Assembly: GCA_024679065.1 (NCBI GenBank) | Contig: JAGIQG010000004.1 | Coordinates: 95,294,001 to 95,358,000 of the forward strand | DNA length: 64,000 nucleotides | Reading direction: 5' to 3' | DNA from: Sphyrna mokarran | Taxonomy: Eukaryota | Part shown: one piece after another, positions 27,235-39,959 of the stretch | How the letters are laid out: each line of letters opens with the position of its first letter | How positions within the stretch are numbered: the first letter of the stretch is position 1 | Notes under the pieces: model-generated | Database searches by the model: none | What the model was told of the DNA's origin: nothing | The model's input: only the letters and a program-made list of their open reading frames with translations | Position numbers and translations under genes: made by a program

Positions 27235-27705
27235 TTGTTAATTTGTGGGGCATGGGCACTGCTGCCTGGCCAGCGTGTACTGCCCATCCCTAGTTGATCT
27301 CGTTCAAAGGGTAGTTGAGAGTCAACAACATTGCTGTGGATCTGGAGTCACATGTAGGCCATGAGGTGGAGATGCCTGCATTGGACTGGGATGGGCACAA
27401 TATGAAGTCTTGAAATACCAGGTTAAAGTCCAACAGGTTTATTTGGGATATTGAGCTTTTGGAGCGCTGTTCTTCCATCAGGTGTTGTGAGACTTCCTAC
27501 ATATAGATTAGAACAGGTAAGGATGGCAGATTTCCTCCGCTAAAGACATCAGCAAATCTGGTGGTCATCATTAGATTCTTAATTCCAGATTTTTTTTTAT
27601 TGAATTCAAATTCCACCAATTGCCATGGACGGATTTGAACCTGGGTCTCCAGAATATTAGCTGAGTTTCTGGATTAATAGTCTAGCAATAATACTAGACC
27701 ATCAA
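27235..27705 (-). mobile_element. tRNA-derived Deu-core-like SINE interrupted by a ~140 bp Penelope-end mini-element (~27360-27500)
   Basis: ggtaaggatggcagatttcc core and B-box ggatttgaacctggg; the insert shares the termini of the 21598 Penelope and a decayed hammerhead core. Confidence 0.6.
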
Positions 27706-30084
27706 TCCCTGGCCCTCCTTTCTAACATCTGGGGGTTTGTGCCAAGTGAGAATGCTGGGTACAGGCTAATCAAGCAACAGCCTGATTTAGTCATGCTCAC
27801 TGAATCATATCTTTCAGACAATGTCCAGAATTCTTTGCTACTACAAATGTTGAACATTGCGGTGGTCAGAATTGGGAAATTTGGACATTGGCAAAAAGTC
27901 AGTTTTCACCGGGATAAATTTTCTACTCCTAATTTTCAAGGCGGGTCAGGTTGCTCACTACACCATGTAGGAAACTATATTTGCATGCCATTGCATCTCA
28001 TGAATAAAAATAAAAATGAATAAAAATCTTATTAAAAATCTACCTCACTGGAATCATGCCCCCACTCCAGATCTAATACCCATGGCAACTAATCAGATTA
28101 ACATGAATCTTGGGCGGATGTAACAGATATGCATTAGCTAACTGCATTTCACTCAAGTCTTTGCACATACAGTGGTCACCTATCTTTCAACAGCACTATG
28201 CTTGTGGCTGCTTCATCTTTGTGTCAAGGTTCATCAAGCAAGACCAGTTTGAAGAGAACGGGTTGAGAGATGCACACTTGACTTTGAGTTTGTGAGGAAG
28301 GGGATTTTGACGAGAACCCTAGAGGATAGTGGACAGAAACACATGACTGGGGATCATAATAAAGGAAGAAGGGCATTCGTGTAAGTCAGCCCTTGGGCTA
28401 TGCACACCATGTAGTCAAGCCCAGAAAGCAAAGATATTCTCAGGGTAGCACACACCATATGATTGGAGCTAGGAAGTTAAAGTAATCCTGGGACAGTGTG
28501 GATCATGACCATAGGCACTGAGTCTGTGGTGCCCAGTGACCACCACTCTGGTGGTGGCACTCATGACCTTGTCCCAGTAGAAGAGGGGGTGGGGTGCTCT
28601 GTCCATACAGTGTCATCACATATATAGCATTGTGCGCAACGGGTGGTCAGTCTCTCACACATTTGGATGCTGTGGTTTGGTGGACTGGTAATCAGACACT
28701 GATGGCAGTCAGAGTCAGGGGCAGCATCAGCAGCTTATAAACAGAGAATTAGTAACTAAGAGGAGAGCACTCAGGAGGTTGGGGGGTTCCTGGTAGGATA
28801 TGGTGCATAGGACCAATATTGCAAGGGATCAGGTCAGCAGGGGTGTCAGGTTATCAATGGGAGGGGAGACAGGGGATATCTAAAAGAATTATGATGGGCT
28901 CCAGGATTATAGAGGGCGGTAGAAGAGTGATTGTTGGAGTCGGGGAAACTTATTCATGATGCTCTTCCAGGCTGATTGAAGGGACTCAGGATGAGGATGG
29001 AAGCTGATTTCAGAACAGCAGCACCATTTCAACCACCGATGAAATCATCCTTGGTAGAGTGGGCAGCCTCAGGAGATTGTGGCCTTCTATTATGGGAACA
29101 AAATTCCACCACTGTGCACAGTGAAGGCATTAGAAATGGTGCATTCTTTTCAAACGTATTATTTGACAACAGCGGCCTTCAAGAAGCAGGAACAATACTG
29201 CAAAGCTCTCTGCACTTATGGGTAGTATGTCTGGAGCATTGCAAGGTCCAAGGCCTCAAAAGGAGGATAATCATCTATCACTTGTTTTGAAGTCTGATCT
29301 GAATCCAGACTGCACACCTCTCTACAAGCCATCCCTTCTGCAAGGATAATGTAGAGAGCCTTCAGCGTGAGATATTTCTTTAAGACACTATTATCCATCA
29401 TCTCGGTCATGGACTCAAACCTGTGAGTCAGGTCAATTTTGTGGAATGGAGAGAGCTTTAGCAGATTGTCTGATCATTGACGAGTACTCATGATCCACCT
29501 CTGTTTAGAGCTTCTAAAATTCCTATCCTGCATTGCCTTGGCTTCTGAAAGTAAGTGGCCAAGTAAATGTCATTTAAGCATTACTTACTTTTTTCATGGA
29601 TAATATAGGGCACACATCAAATATAGTGGAGTTTCATTCTGATCCTTTTGAGACTTCAAAATTTCCATTCCAGCATTTTCAGAGGGAGTCCTGGGACACT
29701 GATGGCCCTTTCACAATCAGATAACCATGTTGATTATGAGCAGATAACTAGCTCAGGGATTATGTCAAGATATGCTAACCACACATTCAGTGCAAGGCAG
29801 CACTCTCCCATTTAATAGTTTGGCATCTGGAGCATCGACACATACCACTGATCTTGCTTAATAGTGACGATAAAGCAGCCATTTCAGGAGTTAACAACTG
29901 ATGGTTCGGTCCATTGTAGATGGAGATTGAGAACTACTTAGGATTGATGCCTAGCTGTACATCTGGTCATGACGTGATGTTACAGGGTGCCATGACTGCA
30001 TGTCTGTCTTTGCCAGCCTTTTTTGTTGTCTCCTCTTCAAAAAGCGGCAAATGTCCTGAACTCCAGCATTCCCCATTCTTGTCC

Positions 30085-30440
30085 AGTGTCAAGAATACTT
30101 AAGAAGCTCGACATCATTTAGGACAAAGCAATTTTTTTGATTGGTACCCCACCATCGATGCACAGTGACAGCAATATGTGCTATCAGCAAAATGCACTGC
30201 AGGAAATCACATGGTATCTTCCAAACCACAACCACCACCATCAAAAAGAATAAGGCGGCAAACACAAAAGGCCACCTGAGTAGGAAATATATTGCCATTT
30301 CTTCATTGTATAGAGTCAAAATCACTTAACAGCACCGTGAATGTACTTACACCATATGGTCCGCAATAGTTCAAGAGGGCAGCTCACTACCATTTCAAGG
30401 ATTAATAGGGATAAGCAATCAATGCTGGCTTAGCATCTAT
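30085..30440 (+). mobile_element. L2-type LINE 3' fragment
   Basis: aaaatgcactgcagg...gttcaagagggcagctcactacc...aatgctggc 3' end. Confidence 0.55.
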
Positions 30441-30569
30441 TAAAGAGCCAACTGTTCAAAAAGGAAAGCTGTGTTTCACTGTTACAATACTGCAGTGCTG
30501 GAGACAGCCATATTCATCTGAGATTCATCCAGATATTCCATCTAATATGGTGTCCAACTCTAGCAGCAG

Positions 30570-30780
30570 ACCAACACCTCAGTTCCATGATGTCTTCCTG
30601 AAGGTTCTCCTCCAGGCCATCAGGGAAAGGTTCTTTCCTACTGATGGCATCAGAGGCCCTCCTGGCAGATGGAAGTGGCAGAGGAGACAGAGGATGTGAG
30701 CAACTATTGCATAACTAACTGAATCTAGACTCAATACAGGAAACAGGTCAATAATTTGCACCATTCTGCTTTGGTAAGTA
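30570..30780 (+). mobile_element. Harbinger Myb/SANT-gene exon remnant
   Basis: PQFHDVFLKVLLQAIRER...VAEE...QYRKQVNNL followed by a gtaagt donor. Confidence 0.5.
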
Positions 30781-33700
30781 CCAGTTTTGCACCTTTAATG
30801 GTAGTCTCTCATGTGGTCATCAATCATGTGGTTCATCTTAAATTCCACATGATACCTAATCCCAAAATATATAGAATCATGACTTTTGTGCACTTTTGGA
30901 TGCAACATATGATGACAAATAATTGGAGAAGGCCTGGGGACCAGGCCTTTGCTGTGCCACATGCTAATGACAGGTCTCTGGTCTTGGTCACAAGAAGCCT
31001 GCTGAACAAAGAGATTGGGGAAACTATGGCAGAAATGCCAAAGATTATGTGCAATGCTGCTTTTGTAGCTAGGCAGGCCAGGAGACTCGAGTGGAGGCTG
31101 TTTCGCAGGCTCCCTGCCTGGCATCACAGTCTCCATGCATCTTCTGTGATAGATTTCCTGCACCGTCAGCTTTGTGCCAGAAATCAACACAGAGCTGTCT
31201 AATATATTCAAAAGCTGATTTAAATATAATTTAAATTGCATTAGCAGACCCAGAGACTTCTTGCTAGCCTCTCCTCCCACCACCAGGAATAGCTTTCCAC
31301 TTGCAGGAAGCTGGCAGCCCGAGCTCATTGGGGTGAAGGGAAGTAATCGAGGCCTCCCAGAGGGTCAGGTGCCAGGGGAATGCCCCCTGAGCATTGCTAT
31401 CTTGGCAGCGTCAGCCTTCTTTGCATTCTCTCCTCCGGCTCCTGAGGTTTCAGAGATGTCAGGTGAATGAGATCACAATTATTGCAGTAATTGCACTGCT
31501 TGAAAAGAGCAGGCATACATGTGAGTGCATGGTTGCATACGGTTTTCATTCATTTAATGAATTAATTATTAATGCATTCCTTCAATTGGCCAATTATGTG
31601 CAAAATGAACTCCACCCATTCAAACAATCCTTTTCCTGCTCCAAATAAGCTTAAATTCATGCTAGACCCCAAATGAATGGTGTCAGTAACTTTTAAGACT
31701 CATTCTCCCAACATTTACCCTCCCCTGTCGTTGTTTTATTTCCCCTGTCACTCTGGATCCTCCTAATATCACCTTTTCTCTCATCTCTGTGTCTAGTTTT
31801 ATGGCTGATAAAATTGGACATCTTAAAGAATTGGACATATTAAAAATCAAACACAGTCAAACCTCAGGCAGGCCAGTTGTACAATTCATGAACCTGTCTG
31901 TGGCTGACTCATCAATCCCCTATCAAAGGTCATTGCATCCTACTGGTACATAGCAGGAGATCATTGCACCCCATTGAAATACATCAGCCTATTGTTACAA
32001 GTCCAGACTGAGCTAGATTTTCTGTCACCGAGAGTTCCTGCAGTTGTCTTAATCTGATAACAGGTCACATGTAAGCAGCAGCATGGAGATGGACACCTGG
32101 GGGCAGAGCCTGGTGTCCTATCAGGCAGACATCAAGAAACCTACTGGATATTGAAACTCCCTCCTGGGACCTCATTGGCCAGAAGCCAGAGAAGTTTCTG
32201 GAAAGGCAAGCAGGCAGGGATAAAGGAACACACTTTCAGACACCAGTGGACAAGACTCGGGAAGATTTGATGAAGGAGGTGACCCTTGACCATTCGGAAG
32301 ACTGACCAGAGCAGGAAGGAAGGAAGGAAGGAAGAAGAAGAAGCAGAAGCAGCTGCAGCTGCCATCAAGACTCATCTTCATGACGACAGACCAGAGGGAC
32401 TCAGAGAATCGTGCATGTAGTTTTAACCAAACATCTTTGTGGGTAGTATATCTGATTTTGGGGTATCCTTTCATTTTATGTGGGTAATTTAAGAGTTAGT
32501 TGTGTTATTGTTAATAAACTTGTTGAACCTTTACTTGTGTTTGTCATTTGTCCACCTTGCAAATAAGGGCATCGGGGTAAAACATTGGAAGAAGCAAACT
32601 GGTCGAAAAGGGTCAGAGATTTTTAAATTACAACATCTGTTACCTTTGAACTTCCCCATGTTACCCTAAACACTTTCATAGAATGTCCAGGGAAATTATC
32701 TCTACCCACTATACTTTCCAAGTACCCACTCTAATCCTGAATGTTCCTGTTATTCTCTATTCCTAAGATCCACCCCATATGACTTCTGAATATCCAATCC
32801 TGAGTCTGGACTTGCTGCCAAACTGAATACAACTACATTGACAGCACCAACCTCACACTTTAGTTCCACCATCCATCTTACAATCCTCAATTACAGGAGC
32901 AAGACAACTAGGATTCCAGGCCCTTCCTTCCATTGCATCTGGCTGAACACAAGCTTTTCTACACCCACTGTCTTGTGCAACAGAATTCAAACGCTTATCT
33001 TAGTCACAAATGCATAAAGCTGAATGATGCACACCATCTTTAAAGATTGTAAGCCAAGTGCCACAAGTTACTTGTGCGCCACTAACATTATCCCAATGGT
33101 ACAACTTCACTAAAAACTGATCGTGTTTGTGAATATTCATGGATGCAAATATATTACACATATGAACCTGCCTCAGGTCAGCACAATGTTCAACATGCTT
33201 CAAATAGTCCATTGACTTTATCTCTATATCTCAACCTGCCATCAGAAAATCAAACTTTCGCACCCTGTCTTATTAATTCACTCAGCAATGCTACATTTTC
33301 TGCTCTTATGAGCACCATAAAATCCTTCCGTTCTCCACCTTCATGAATTGCTGATGTGTGCAGAAAAGATATAAATGCTCAACACAATTCAATCTCCTCT
33401 GCAGCAAGGCCTTTCCAGAAAGGCTGTCTCTATAATTCTGCGCAGTGATTTTCATGTCAGAGAACCATTCTCAGTAATTCTGCATCCCACCATTCTTGTG
33501 GTGCTAAAAACCTGCTTGCCTGTTTTTAATACAATTGAAAATCCACAATGGCTCTTCATGAGAATAGTTAATTACAAAACATGAATTCCTTGTGTCACTG
33601 GGGGAAATACCCGGATGAACTAAGAAATTAAGGAGCTAAATTGCATAGCTCCTTAAATCGGGCAAAGTGAAAGACATGGACAATTAGCCTACACTCATTC

Positions 33701-33889
33701 AAAGAGATGCAGGAACCATCCAAACAAGTGGGCCATGGTATGCAGTCTAACACTGAATGTGCTGTTGAGTGGTTGCCACCTCAGCAGGAGGCTCATCAGA
33801 GGCTATTACCCCTTGAAATTAGCCAGAGTTCTAAAAGGAACGTTCATTCTGACTGCAACAAGGGCTGAAACTGTTAAAAGAAGCAGGAT

Positions 33890-34100
33890 CAGGACAGCAT
33901 GCTCCAAGGTTCTCACAAGTGGATCCAGTGCAGGCAATGGATAAGAGAAGAAACGTTGTCTTGCCTCGAGGTGTTGGGAAGTTCCTTAGACAGGTACTGA
34001 GAAGGCAATGGGGAGTAGGTAATAATGCCTGCAGTTCAACTCCTGTGTCCCTGATACAATGGGAAATGATAGTTAATGACCTCAAAGGATCAAGGTCATA
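33890..34100 (+). mobile_element. Harbinger Myb/SANT-gene remnant
   Basis: HAPRFS..VQAMDKRRNVVLPRG..LRRQW..NACS..QW..VNDL. Confidence 0.5.
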
Positions 34101-35074
34101 CAATACATCTTCATAACTCATATTCTCACCAATTGCTCCACTAGTCTCACACACTGCTCCATTCACATTATTCCCTTTAATCACTTACCAGCAATCTCTA
34201 TCATCCACGATCAAACCTCATAGCAGAGATGAGTCAAATGGCCCCTTCTTGTTCTTTATCCTCCAGCATCTAATTCTCAGTGAAATCCATCCTGTTTTGT
34301 GCTGAGGGTTACTCAGTAAAAGCATTAACAAACCTCAGTGTCCCTGACCTAGGAAGCAAAACTAAATATCATCCAGTATTCATATTCTTAAACCTTACTG
34401 AATGGTGTTGATATATACATTGCACATGAGAATGTACATGAGGCTTGGTTGTTGAGTCTGCTGACATGCATTACCTGTCAGTAATGGCAGCACATCAAGA
34501 AGGTTCTCTTCCTTCTCTTGAAAATCCCTTATATCCACGAGAATAGATTCGACTTGAGTTTACATTTAATCTGAAAGATAAAACTTCTCATTGTACCACT
34601 ACCTTGGTATTCCCCCTATGCAATACTCCCTCAGCACTGGTCCTTCAACATTGCAGATTTCCCTCAGTTCTGTCCCTCTGACATTACAACACACCTTCAC
34701 TAATGACTCTCCCTTTGTGGCATATCACCTTTAGGCCACAAGCTCTAGGGTCAAATCCCTACCAAAATTGTTGGCTATGGAAGCAGCATTCATGACATGG
34801 CTGATAATCAGCCTGGAAATCTTTCCATTGTCTCTCCATTATTCTCCAAATAGGAAAAGAACAACTGAGACTGTGGTCAACATGTGGCTGAAACTGTTAG
34901 TGGTAATTGATTGATCCGACTGATGCAATGTGATGGCATGCCTCTTTTAAGTGGAGAGTTATGAGAGTCAGATGACCCACTGGGCCAATCATGGTGATAG
35001 TTTCTGGCAGTTGATTCTGGGAATCGTAGAGTTCAGAAACACTGTTATCTCTGTCTTGTGTATAGTTATTTTCA

Positions 35075-35985
35075 TAGAACAGAATCACAGATTTCTACAG
35101 TGCTGAAAGAGGCCATTCAGCTCTACAATCTGCAATGATCACAATTCCAATGAAGTAGAAATGGTTAAGAGCTTCAAGTTTTTAGGTGTCCAGATCACCA
35201 ACAACCTGTCCTGATCCCCCCATGCTGGCACTATAGTTAAGAAAGCTCACCAAGGAAATTTGGCAATGTCAGTTACAACTCTCAGCAACTTTTACAAATG
35301 CACCATAGAAAGCATTCTTCCTGGTTGTATCACAGCTTGGTATGGCTCCTGCTCTGCCCAAGACTACAAGAAATTATAAAAGGTCATGAATGTAGCCCGA
35401 CTCATCATGCAAACCAGCCTTCCATCCATTGACTCTGTCTACGCTTCTTGCTGACGCGGCAAAACAGCCAGCATAATTCAGGACTCCACACATCCTGGAC
35501 ATTCTCTCTTCCACCTTCTTCTGTCAGAAAAAAGACACAAAAGTCTGAGACCACGTACCAACAGACTCAAGAACAACTTCTTCCCTGTTGCCATCAGGCT
35601 TTTGGATGGACCCACCTTGCATTAAGTTGATCTTTTTTACATCCTAGCTATGATTGTAATATTACATTTTGCACTCTCTCATTTCCTTCTCTATAAAACA
35701 TGCAAGAAACATATTTTTCACAGTACACTAATACATGTCACAATAAATCAAATCAAATCAAACTCAGGCCCTATCTCTATAACTTCATGCATTTACCATA
35801 GATAATCCTCCTGATATCAAGGGGCAATTTGGCATGGCTACTTCACCTAACTCGCATATCTTTGGCCATGCAGACATGGGGAGAGAATGCAAACTCCACA
35901 CAGATAGTGACCTAAACCAGGATTTGAACCCAGGTCCCTGGAGCTGTGAGATAGCAGTTCTAACAACTAAGTCACTATGCCACCC
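35075..35985 (-). mobile_element. HE1 V-SINE split by a Rex/Babar insertion
   Basis: SINE tail at 35075-35148; core and head at 35763-35985 (tgcaaactccacacaga, ggatttgaacccagg). Confidence 0.8.
35149..35762 (+). mobile_element. Rex1/Babar LINE 3' fragment
   Basis: VEMVKSFKFLGVQITNNLS, NFYKCTIESILPGCITAWYG; ends aataaatcaaatcaaatcaa. Confidence 0.85.
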
Positions 35986-37388
35986 TATCTAGGGGGGATG
36001 ATAATAATGTTCATGCATGGTTAAAGCATGAGCAATGAGAACTTGGATTAACACTCAACAATATGTGAAGAGATAATTTTGTGGTTTGAACAATCTCACC
36101 ATATAGAAAAAAATTATTAGCAGAAACAAAAATGCAAGTTGACAATGTCAGCCAACTTGGCAGAAAACCGCAGGGTGCCATGGCACCAGGGGAAGCCATG
36201 ACCTGAAGAGCACTCAGCAGGACAGGGCACAAAGATATAGGAAGTCAGAGCTGCAGACCAAGAACTTAAAAGAATGCTACCAGTTCTGGGGAAAGCACCC
36301 TCAAAAGCGATGTAAGTTTAAAGATTGAACATGTTTGGCTAGTAACAGAAAGGGGCATATTAGGATTAAATGCAAAGCCAAACAGAACCTATCAAGGGAT
36401 AATTTAAAAAACTACAACTCCGGTGCATAATTTAGAAAATGACTCCAAAGAAGAATCTGAAGTTTACAAGATTAAACAGTATTAAAGTGAACAAGTCAGC
36501 TCTACTTGTAAATGTGCTAATGATGAACATTCACTCACTAAGAAAGGAGGTGGATATAGGGGCCACTGCCACTGTTGTAGGAGAGTCGATGTATTGGTAT
36601 TTGCAAGGGTAAGATACAGCCTTTGAAATTAAAAAGCACAATGGCCATGTACACTGGAGAATTGTTGAAGATACCAGAGCAGCACCAGTAACCTACCAAA
36701 ATCAATCAGCTCAGTTACCTATCATCATGGTCAAGGAGCAAGAGCCAAGACTCATAAGCTGAGATGGATTCTGTCTGATCTGATTAAATTTGTTGGAGTT
36801 CTTCAGCATTAATGAAGGCAACTTTCATGAAATGTTGAGGAAGTATTTCAAAACAAACTGGGCAAGATGTAGGGTATCAAGGCAAACATCTATTTGATCC
36901 TGAGTCAACAGCCAAGTTCTACAGAGCCTGACAAGGCCCTATCTTTTATACAAAAAAGCAGTTGGAAATGATTAAGTCTGTGCAGTTTTCTGACTAGGCT
37001 GCCCCCACCATTCTGTGGTTAAGCTGGACAGGACTATTGGGATAAAAAGAAGTTATAAGCTAACCAAGCAGCATAACTGGATCAATACTCTATACTGAAA
37101 ACTGAAGACTCTTATGCCAACTTAGCTGGAAGGTTGACTTATACAAGTCATGCATATCAGCAGATATAGTTAGATGAAACATCTAGGGAATTTGTAACAA
37201 TCAACACACACAAAGGCTTATATCAATAAATTTGGCTGCCATTTGGAGTATCTTTGGTATGTGCCAGATTCCAATGTACTTTGGAAAGTAGTTTTTTTAT
37301 TTAGAAGATGTATTAACTATGGGAGCTTCTAAAGAAGGACATTTAGCAAATTTGAAGGAAGTGTTGAAAAGATTGTAAAATGTAGGGG

Positions 37389-38225
37389 TGATGCAGAAAG
37401 GCTAAAGTAAGCTAATAGAAAATACATAATCATGATTGAGAATATTAACATAATACTGACTTAAGAATGAATGATCTTAGGCTATAGAAAGCACTGACAG
37501 GAGTTGCCATTATAGAAGACAGCTCCAACTGAATAACAAGTACTCCTTATTTAAAATGTGTATTTTGAATCCATAAAATCGATGCAGTTTGCTTTTAGAA
37601 TATATTTTGTGAAATTTTAGCCAATAACAAGATACAGCAGGGTTTAATGGGATGAGGTAGCAGGCAGGGCTTGCATCTTGTGAGACAATGGTTCTACTGA
37701 ATGCAGCCACTTTATCAGCAGTTGTTGGGAACAAAACAGTTATCAGTGCTGGTTTGATAAGTAGCTCAAAACTGTTAATACAGGTGCAAGGCAGATATAA
37801 GGATTTTCTCAGAGTTGGACAAGTGTCACGTGGGTTTGAGTTTGTGGGAATCATTCTCTCATTTCACCGTCTAGTGTCCTAACTTACTGGACAACCAAGG
37901 GAAGCTGACATCCAAAATTAACGACATAAGATCTCATGAGGTCAGGATGTAAACTGTTATTGGGAGAATTTGGTGTCAGAGATGATTATTGACTGATTTC
38001 TATTAATGTTTATAGGATAATACCTACGGGAAAGATGGGAAATATGATTTTGAAAATGTATAATTGCACTCTGTTTTTCAGAGTGATATTGGGCTGACTG
38101 AATTCTCTACCTAGGGTCCTAGGATTCTCTTATTTGTTTGTATGGTTAACAAGATCACATTTTATGAGTCTCTGTACTTAGCTTAAGTTTAGCAGTGTGT
38201 AGCCTCAAAGAAAATCCCATCAACA
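37389..38225 (+). repeat. ERV 5' LTR
   Basis: Collinear with 43573-44385, with many substitutions and some indels. Confidence 0.9.
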
Positions 38226-39959
38226 ATTTGGCACTGCGGACGTCACTACCTTCAGGTGACAGGACATGTCTCCTAAGTAGGGATAAATATATTTTTATAC
38301 TATCCACACCAATTAGTTAGAGGAGTCCCTGTCAGGCCAACAGGACCATAAGTTGACTCACCTGAATCGATATTATGGGTTGTGATATGCAGTGTTACTA
38401 AACTGCACTAAAAGTGGGATGGGGTGGGGCAGGGGCGGGGGTGAGGGAGGTGGGAGGCATGGATGGACTCATGCTACTTCCCTGCAGAGTGAAGCAAAAA
38501 CAGCATGCAGTAGGGTAGACATGAGAAGTTAGGGGCACTCAATACAAAGCAACAGGAGGGAATAAGACCCCAGATTGCTTCGCCCCAGGAAGAACTTAAA
38601 AGAGAGAGAGAGAGCTGCACCAAGAGGTGACAGACATTATCAGCTAAACACAGAGGTTGCATTAAGGATTGCTCAAGAGAAAAATGAAAGTGCTCAAGAG
38701 AGAGCACAAGAGATCCCTGTGAAGGGGGTGGAAGGACTTAAGGGGTTAAAAAAAGAGAGAATGTGAACAGTACTCAGGCTATGACATACAAAAAGAGAGT
38801 GCAGATTATACAGTTTGGAGCATCCTCGTGTGGATGCTTGAGAATTGCAAGTAAATTGTGAAGTATTTTTAACGGGATTGAAGCAGACACTTTGAAATCA
38901 AATAGGGTCTTGAAATTCCTTAATTTTGAGAATGACCGATGACCAAAGTCATTCTTGAAAAAAAACAGGAAAATAATTTGACAGAGATTTGAGCTCTGCT
39001 ATTTTTGGAGAGAGTATTTACGTATACATTAATCTGGAAGGTAGTCAGAATTGTGTTTGGAAAGTTATAAGGAGAATTAGGTAGTGAAATTAACATGATA
39101 GTCTTAGTCTAGCAAATATGATTGAGAATTTGGATATTTAAAAGTGATTATGATTAACAATGAAAAGATAAAGTTTAGAATTTGGTTCAGAAAATATGGA
39201 GGTTTTAGATGATGATGTCCATTTGAGAAAATATACTTGTTCCGCTTTTTGAAACAAGTAGAGAGTTAACCCATTCTGTCCCAGACAGAATGGATTTTTG
39301 TGTTTTAAGATTTTGCAGCAACTTTAAGGATTCAAAAATTCATTGGTAGATCTTAAATATAGTAAAACTTATTAGTTTAAATCAAAATCCAGCAGAGGGG
39401 GAGACAGAGCATTTAGTGAAGAGTTCCATAAGGTACAATGGGAGAGTGTGTTTGACAGAATAATACAACAAAAAATGAGGGAAATAATCCTGTGGAATAA
39501 ATGAACATTAAAGGAAAGGAACATATCTGTGATGTACAGAAGAGATGTGGGAAGTGAACAGGATAATAAAAAGTCAAAGATAATAAACAGAGTAGGACAG
39601 AATTAAAGGTGGAATTCATTTGCTGGGTACAGAAAACAACAATGCTAATAAAAAAGAGACATTTAAAGGGATTCTAAAAGGTAAAATACAGTTTAGGTGA
39701 TAACTATGGATGAAGGAACAAGTTATTTTTTAAAAAAAGAGATAAGATAGACACTAATGAACAGTTGAAAAGCCACAACACTGTTTTCTGAATGTGAGAC
39801 AATTCTGACATAGAAAATGTGCTGTTAAGCAAGCTAACTTAACCAAATGATACCATTTAAGATAAAGAATGACCAATCAAAATAAGTTACTACTTGGAAT
39901 CAAATTGAAAGGTTTGATTTCTGTTTCAAAGATGTTAATATGTTATAGAATTCAGTAAA

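Noticed and set aside
32022-32635. 5' LTR of the Gypsy element
   Set aside because: LTR-like composition but no similarity to the putative 3' LTR at 48674, and no clean TG..CA ends with TSD or PBS.
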